Source of the DNA: an uncultured Clostridia bacterium | GTDB taxonomy: Bacteria > Bacillota > Clostridia > TANB77 > CAG-508 | Direction of reading: 5' to 3' | NCBI GenBank assembly: GCA_904387305.1 | Contig: CAJFLB010000013.1 | Location: 195-64,194 of the forward strand | Length of the DNA stretch: 64,000 nucleotides | Part shown: one piece after another, positions 58,521 to 64,000 of the stretch | Layout of the letters: the number at the start of each line of letters is the position of its first letter | Position numbering within the stretch: position 1 is the stretch's first letter | Translations under genes and position numbers: made by a program | Notes under the pieces: model-generated | Told to the model about the DNA's origin: nothing | What the model saw: the letters and a program-made list of their open reading frames with translations, nothing else | Database searches by the model: none

Positions 58521-61130
58521 TTAAATCCACTCACCATATTTTTTGATATATACTTTTTTTGCAAACATGGCCAAGATACAATATAGGAAAGTTACAATAA
58601 AGATTAGTACAATATATTGTCCAGCAATTGGAACTAATCCAATGAAACTTCCTAAAGGTGTAAATGGTACGATAATACCTACTAATATTAATAAGATAGA
58701 AGAGAAGTAAACCATTTTATTGGCATTACTTTGTATGAAAGGTATTTTTGCGGTTCTAATAATATGCATTCCAACTAAGTTTGAAACAATACTATATGAG
58801 AACCAAATAGTTTGGAAAAGCGCAGCTTCTCTAACGCCAAATATAAACCATAAAGAAGCAAATACAATTAAGTCGAAGATAGAACTAACAGGTCCCATAA
58901 ATAGCATAAAATGTTTTAAACTCTTTATATCCAATTTTTTAGGTTTTCGTACAATTTCTGCATCTACATCATCAAAAGGAAGTGTCATTTGTCCAAAATC
59001 ATATAATAAACCTTCTACTAATAATTGTATAGGTGTTTCTGGTAAAAATGGTAAAGCAATACTTGCTACAATAACAGATAAAACTTCACCGAAGTTAAAG
59101 CTTGTTGCCATCTTGATATATTTCATTAAGTTTGCAAATGTTTTTCTTCCTTCAGTAACGCCATCTAATAAAACATTTAAATCCTTTTCTAAAAGAATAA
59201 TGTCTGCAGATTCTTTTGCAATATCAACAGCAGTATCAACAGAAATACCAACATCTGAATTGGTTAGGGAAGGACTGTCATTAATTCCATCTCCCATATA
59301 TCCTACAACATTTCCTTGTTCTTTCAACAATCTTACAATTCTGGCTTTTTGGATAGGAGATAGTTTGGCAAAAATATTATTTTTTCTAATTAATCTCTGA
59401 ACAGCTTCATCAGATAATTTATCTAATTCACTTCCTAAGATAATATGTTTAGATTTGATGTTTACTTTATCACAGATACATTTTGTGACTTCTGCATTAT
59501 CACCTGTTAGGACAATTACACGAATACCAGCTTTATTCATTCTTTCAACAGCTTCTTTTGCACTTTCTTTAGGTGGGTCTAAAAATCCAATAAAGCCAAT
59601 TAATATCATATTTTTTTCATCTTTTACTTCAAAATCATAACCAGGCTCATTACTATATTTTTTACAAACTGCAATTACTCTTAAACCTTCTTTATTTAAG
59701 TTTTTACTAATTCTCTGTATATTTTCTTTAATTTCTTTAGTTAATGGAGAAACAACACCTTGATATTCTACTGAAGTAGAAATATTCAAAATTTCTTCCA
59801 CAGCACCTTTGGTAATTAATTCATCTTTACCTTCTTCATTTTTTACAGCAATAGATAAACGTCTACGAGCAAAATCAAAAGGAATTTCATCTAATTTAAT
59901 ATATTTGCTAGTTAATTCTGGCATATTATATTCTTTACCACGATTAATAACTGCTTCATCAATATTACTTCTTAAACCAGTTTGAAGACTTGCATTTAAA
60001 TAAGCATATTTTAAAACACCAATGTCTTCATCACCTTTTATATCCAAATATTTTTCTAAAACAATTTTATCTTCTGTTAAAGTTCCTGTTTTGTCTGTGC
60101 ATAAAATATTCATAGCACCAAAATTTTGAATAGCATCTAGTTTTTTTACAATCGTCTTTTTCTTAGACATTTTGACAGCACCTTTTGACAAACAAGAAGA
60201 TAAAATAACAGGAAGTAGCAAAGGCGTAATTGCAATAGAAATTGCTACGGCAAAAGTAAAAGCTGTTACAATACTGTGTTTTGAAAAATTAAGGATAAAT
60301 ACAACAGGAATAATGATTAACATAAAACGAATCAGTAATTTACTAATACTTTCAATTCCCTTTTGAAAAGCTGTTTTTGGTTTGCCAGAAGTTAATGTGT
60401 GTGCAATTTTTCCAAAATATGTAGAGTCTGCTGTTTTAATAACAACTCCTTTGGCACTACCAGAAATAACATTAGTTCCCATAAAACAAATGGTATCTAA
60501 ATCAGCAATACTATCTAAATCTTCTGGTTTCATTTCTGTTTCGACTAGTTTTTTAACAGCATCTGATTCACCAGTTAAAGAAGATTGACCGACATAAAGA
60601 TCAGTTGCTTCAATGATTCTTAAGTCTGCAGGAATCATGCTACCAGCAGAAAGAACAACAATGTCCCCAAGAGTTACGTCTTTTATAGGAATTTGTACTT
60701 CTTTACCATCTCTTATGACATGACAAGTGGTAGCAACTAATTCTTTTAGTTCATTCGCTGCTTTATTAGAACGATATTCCTCAAAAAAGTCTAATAAAGT
60801 ACTAGCAGCAACTAAGATGGCAATGACAATAATATTGGCGTAACTAGGTGTTTCTGGTAAGATAACATCTGTATAGCATAATAATAAAGTAATTCCTAAT
60901 AAAATTAAATTAAAAGGTGTAAATAGACTTTCAAAAAAGTAATGATACCATCTTTTCGGCTTTGCTTGCCTAATGATATTTGGTCCTAATTGTTTTAATT
61001 TGTATTCAGCTTCTTGTGAAGAAAGTCCATTTTCTTTAATCTTGTATTTTTTAATAAAATCATCTTTAGAAAGTAAACATTCTTGGTCATAAAGTTTACA
61101 AATATTTACTTCCTCTTTGGCGTTTGACAT
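58521..61130 (-). CDS. mgtA: magnesium-translocating P-type ATPase
   Basis: DKTGTLT phosphorylation site, TGES, MGDGINDSP, 10-TM architecture, 869 aa, MgtA-type N-terminus. Confidence 0.88.
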   Translation of the reverse strand: MSNAKEEVNICKLYDQECLLSKDDFIKKYKIKENGLSSQEAEYKLKQLGPNIIRQAKPKRWYHYFFESLFTPFNLILLGITLLLCYTDVILPETPSYANIIVIAILVAASTLLDFFEEYRSNKAANELKELVATTCHVIRDGKEVQIPIKDVTLGDIVVLSAGSMIPADLRIIEATDLYVGQSSLTGESDAVKKLVETEMKPEDLDSIADLDTICFMGTNVISGSAKGVVIKTADSTYFGKIAHTLTSGKPKTAFQKGIESISKLLIRFMLIIIPVVFILNFSKHSIVTAFTFAVAISIAITPLLLPVILSSCLSKGAVKMSKKKTIVKKLDAIQNFGAMNILCTDKTGTLTEDKIVLEKYLDIKGDEDIGVLKYAYLNASLQTGLRSNIDEAVINRGKEYNMPELTSKYIKLDEIPFDFARRRLSIAVKNEEGKDELITKGAVEEILNISTSVEYQGVVSPLTKEIKENIQRISKNLNKEGLRVIAVCKKYSNEPGYDFEVKDEKNMILIGFIGFLDPPKESAKEAVERMNKAGIRVIVLTGDNAEVTKCICDKVNIKSKHIILGSELDKLSDEAVQRLIRKNNIFAKLSPIQKARIVRLLKEQGNVVGYMGDGINDSPSLTNSDVGISVDTAVDIAKESADIILLEKDLNVLLDGVTEGRKTFANLMKYIKMATSFNFGEVLSVIVASIALPFLPETPIQLLVEGLLYDFGQMTLPFDDVDAEIVRKPKKLDIKSLKHFMLFMGPVSSIFDLIVFASLWFIFGVREAALFQTIWFSYSIVSNLVGMHIIRTAKIPFIQSNANKMVYFSSILLILVGIIVPFTPLGSFIGLVPIAGQYIVLIFIVTFLYCILAMFAKKVYIKKYGEWI

Positions 61131-61298
61131 GGTACATTCATCTTCCTTTCTTTTGTTTTAAATTTCTTAATTATTATACCACAACTAAATAGAAATAAAA
61201 CAAAATAACAAAAAAATATAAAAATTTTTTACAATATATTGTAAAGGTATATCAATTTTGTATATAATGAGTTCAAAGAAATAGAAGGAGGTAGTTTT

Positions 61299-62099
61299 AT
61301 GATTTCAGTTAAAAACTTATTTGATAATGATGATGTAAAAATTATTGATAGAAAGGGAAATATTTCAGTAGTTGAATTTCAAAGAGATGTCAGTGTTAAT
61401 AAATTGACAGCAATGTCAGAATATTTTGCTGCAAAAATGAATGTAAGAAGAAGACAAGTTGTCATTCAATTACAAGGAGATGAATATGTGACAAGTGCCG
61501 GAGCAATGCAATGGATGGCTGGAAATATAGAATCAAAAACAAATGTAAAAGGTGTGGGAGATTTTATAGGAAAAGCGATAAAGGGAAGTGTAACAAGTGA
61601 ATCAACAGTAAAACCAAAATACCATGGTACTGGATTATTAGCATTAGAACCAACATATAACTATATTTTACTAGAAGATGTTGGTGCTTGGAATGGTAGC
61701 ATTGTATTAGAAGATGGATTATTCTTAGCTTGTGAAGCTACTCTAAATACAAATGTTGTTATGAGAAGTAATTTATCTTCTGCAGTATTAGGTGGAGAAG
61801 GATTATTCAACTTAACATTATCAGGACAAGGAATTGCAGTTTTAGAAAGTCCAGTCCCAAGAGAAGAATTAATTGAAGTAGAATTACAAAATGATCAAAT
61901 AAAAATAGATGGAAATATGGCAATTGCATGGTCTAGTTCATTAGATTTTACAGTAGAAAAATCTACAAGAAGTTTATTAGGCTCAGCTGTTGCTGGAGAA
62001 GGATTTGTTAATGTATATAGAGGAACAGGAAAAATATTAATGTCACCAGTTAGACCAGAAGCAGTAAGTAATATTATGACATATAGATCTAAACAATAA
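61299..62099 (+). CDS. AIM24/DUF124 family protein
   Basis: ~265-aa beta-rich protein with SAGAMQWMAGNIE and GEGLFNLTLSGQG segments typical of this family, as I recall it. Confidence 0.5.
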   Translation: MISVKNLFDNDDVKIIDRKGNISVVEFQRDVSVNKLTAMSEYFAAKMNVRRRQVVIQLQGDEYVTSAGAMQWMAGNIESKTNVKGVGDFIGKAIKGSVTSESTVKPKYHGTGLLALEPTYNYILLEDVGAWNGSIVLEDGLFLACEATLNTNVVMRSNLSSAVLGGEGLFNLTLSGQGIAVLESPVPREELIEVELQNDQIKIDGNMAIAWSSSLDFTVEKSTRSLLGSAVAGEGFVNVYRGTGKILMSPVRPEAVSNIMTYRSKQ

Positions 62100-62132
62100 A
62101 AAAAGAATAATATAAAATAAAAAGGTTATGAT

Positions 62133-62172
62133 AAATGTACATAGAATTTTTGGATTTTATGTACATTTTTTG
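62133..62172 (+). terminator. rho-independent terminator after the AIM24-like gene
   Basis: AAATGTACAT / ATGTACATTT stem followed by TTTTGTT. Confidence 0.8.
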
Positions 62173-62186
62173 TTACTAGTTAAAGG

Positions 62187-62377
62187 TAGGAAATAATAGA
62201 TATATCAATATTTTTAAAAATTCTCGGCTACCCTTCATCTCTGTTTAACAAATTCTAAAGTCAAAACCATAACAATACCCGGAAACAGGACCCTTTATGG
62301 TTTTGACTTAAGAATTTATAAAACAATTCCGGTCGCATTCGAATTTTTTAAAATATTGATATATCTATTATTTCCTA
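62187..62377. repeat. ~190-bp nested palindrome: 37-bp inverted repeats (one mismatch) around the same ~115-bp core seen at 43383-43500
   Basis: TAGGAAATAATAGATATATCAATATTTTTAAAAATTC pairs with GAATTTTTTAAAATATTGATATATCTATTATTTCCTA. The core is about 85 percent identical by eye to the 43.4-kb copy. Confidence 0.85.
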
Positions 62378-62472
62378 ATATAAAAGTAATACATAAGATT
62401 CAGACTATACAAATTTATAAAAATATGATACAACTATGCTGAAATAAAATATACAAAAGAAGGGAGAAATGT

Positions 62473-63255
62473 ATGAGTATAGATATGATTATAATATTAA
62501 TGATACCATTTTTGGGAACACTTTTAGGTTCAGCAATGGTATTTTTTATGAAAAAATCCATTCATAAAACAGTAGAAAAATTATTAATTGGATTTGCAGC
62601 AGGTGTTATGATGGCAGCTTCTATTTGGTCATTACTTATGCCATCTATGGAAATGGCAACAGAGCAACATGAAATTTCATGGTTGCCAGCAGTTATTGGA
62701 TTTTTATTAGGAATTGGTTTCTTATTGATTCTAGATAGTATCATACCACATTTGCATTTACATACAGATAAGCCAGAAGGAATTAAGGCAAAAATAAAAG
62801 AATCCACTATGCTTGTTTTTGCTGTAACACTTCATAATATTCCAGAAGGAATGGCTATGGGAGTAACATTAGCAGGGGCTATGATAGGAAATGTAGGAAT
62901 TAGCTTAGCTGGTGCGGTTAGTTTAGCAATTGGTATAGCAATTCAAAATTTTCCAGAAGGTGCTATTATATTTATGCCATTAAGAACTCAAGGTGTGTCT
63001 AAGTTAAAAGCATTTGTGTATGGAACATTATCTGGAATTGTTGAACCAATTGCAGCTATTATCACCATATTATTAACAAATGCAATTGTACCAATATTAC
63101 CATATTTGTTAGCATTTGCAGCAGGGGCCATGATGTATGTTGTTGTAGAAGAATTGATTCCAGAATCACAAGAAGGAGAACATTCAAATATTGGAACAAT
63201 TGGTGTAGCAATTGGTTTTGTGATTATGATGATATTAGATGTGGCATTGGGATAA
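62473..63255 (+). CDS. ZIP family metal transporter (ZupT-like)
   Basis: Eight TM helices, HNIPEGMA and QNFPEG motifs. Confidence 0.85.
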   Translation: MSIDMIIILMIPFLGTLLGSAMVFFMKKSIHKTVEKLLIGFAAGVMMAASIWSLLMPSMEMATEQHEISWLPAVIGFLLGIGFLLILDSIIPHLHLHTDKPEGIKAKIKESTMLVFAVTLHNIPEGMAMGVTLAGAMIGNVGISLAGAVSLAIGIAIQNFPEGAIIFMPLRTQGVSKLKAFVYGTLSGIVEPIAAIITILLTNAIVPILPYLLAFAAGAMMYVVVEELIPESQEGEHSNIGTIGVAIGFVIMMILDVALG

Positions 63256-63405
63256 AATGTGATTGACAGAAAAATATAGAATTAGAATAAAGGAGTATAA
63301 AATGAACGAAAATAAATTTTCTAAAGAAATATTGCAATTTTTATTACAGTATTGTTAAAATAGGACTGATAAATGAAATAATTAAAAAGAAGGAGTGTAA
63401 TTTCA

Positions 63406-64000
63406 ATGATAAAAGCAGTTATATTTGATATGGATGGAACAATGTTAGATACAGAACATGTAAAAGAAGAGGGATTAAAATATGTAGGTGAAAGTTTAAA
63501 TGTAAAAATAGATGATCAAACTTTAACACAAATAAGAGGAACAAACAATACACGTTTAAAAGAAATATTAGGAAATAAGTTTGAAGGCTTAGATGTTGAA
63601 AAACTACTAGATACAAGAGAAAAATATGTTGAAAAGTATTTTGAAAATCATCCAATAGAAACCAAAAAGGGCCTTATAGAATTATTAGAATTTTTAAAAA
63701 ATAACAATTATAAAATGGCAGTGGCAAGTTCTTCTAATTTAGAAGTGATAAAGAAATATTTGAAAAAAGTTGGAGTATTTGATTATTTTGATGTAATAGT
63801 AGGAGGAGATATAGTAACTAAGGAAAAACCAGATCCAGAAATCTACTCAAAATGCCTAGAACAATTAAATTTATCAAAAGAAGAATGTATAGGAGTTGAA
63901 GATACAGCAAATGGTGTTTTATCTATACATGGTGCAGGAATGAAACCTATTATGATACCAGATTTAGAAGAACCTTCAAAAGAAATAGAAAATCTTGTAT
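63406..64000 (+). CDS. HAD-IA family hydrolase (beta-phosphoglucomutase / phosphatase-like); 3' end outside the window
   Basis: Not in the ORF track because there is no stop inside the window. AGGAG RBS, then MIKAVIFDMDGTMLDTE (DxDGT motif I), VASSS, and KEKPDPEIY...GVEDTANG motifs. Confidence 0.8.
   Translation, partial: MIKAVIFDMDGTMLDTEHVKEEGLKYVGESLNVKIDDQTLTQIRGTNNTRLKEILGNKFEGLDVEKLLDTREKYVEKYFENHPIETKKGLIELLEFLKNNNYKMAVASSSNLEVIKKYLKKVGVFDYFDVIVGGDIVTKEKPDPEIYSKCLEQLNLSKEECIGVEDTANGVLSIHGAGMKPIMIPDLEEPSKEIENLV

Noticed and set aside
61131-61298. Possible M-box (Mg) riboswitch upstream of mgtA
   Set aside because: The upstream region is short, almost pure A/T, and lacks the GC-containing conserved helices of the M-box.

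Overview
Very AT-rich chromosomal segment of a low-GC Firmicute, most likely a spore-forming Clostridia-type organism. Supporting evidence: a ctsR-mcsA-mcsB-clpC operon with a CtsR box, a CIRCE-controlled groES-groEL, and ylbJ, dpaA and YjcZ-like sporulation genes. Almost all of it is housekeeping: glgP, tmcAL, rnhA, uppP, the rpsO-pnp pair, the rimP-nusA-ylxR-L7Ae-infB-rbfA-nrnA-truB cluster, a class A PBP, cysS, galE, nrdDG, murT-gatD, mgtA and a three-tRNA operon (Val-Asp-Phe). I saw no prophage, IS transposase, CRISPR array or recognisable defence island. The only such module is a small RelE/ParE-type toxin-antitoxin pair. Three things stand out. (1) Every in-frame CGG codon I can find (4 sites in 3 genes: dpaA twice, the L7Ae-family gene and the relE-like toxin) sits exactly where the frame must move +1 onto a conserved glycine codon (NNN C GGN). 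No intact reading frame in the window uses CGG. This is either a recoding phenomenon at an unassigned or hungry CGG codon, or a very specific systematic sequence artefact. (2) Intergenic regions are packed with nested palindromic repeat families. One is a 31-bp element (TGTCCAATTGGGGACGTTTCTGTTTGGGACA) present as inverted pairs around cargo of 18 to 235 bp. There is also a perfect 102-bp stop-to-stop palindrome, and a conserved ~115-bp core embedded in unrelated perfect inverted repeats. Insertions lie inside the groES-groEL, rimP-nusA and rbfA-nrnA spacers. (3) A three-gene operon of unknown function (22597-26662) encodes a small secreted two-TM protein. It also encodes an 836-aa protein combining a receiver-like N-terminus, two AT-hooks, seven acidic-spaced LPGF motifs and a degenerate MinD/ParA-like domain. 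The third product is a membrane-anchored protein with a degenerate GGDEF domain. All coordinates were counted by hand and small features may be off by a few nt. No database search was possible, so family assignments rest on recognised motifs and gene context.
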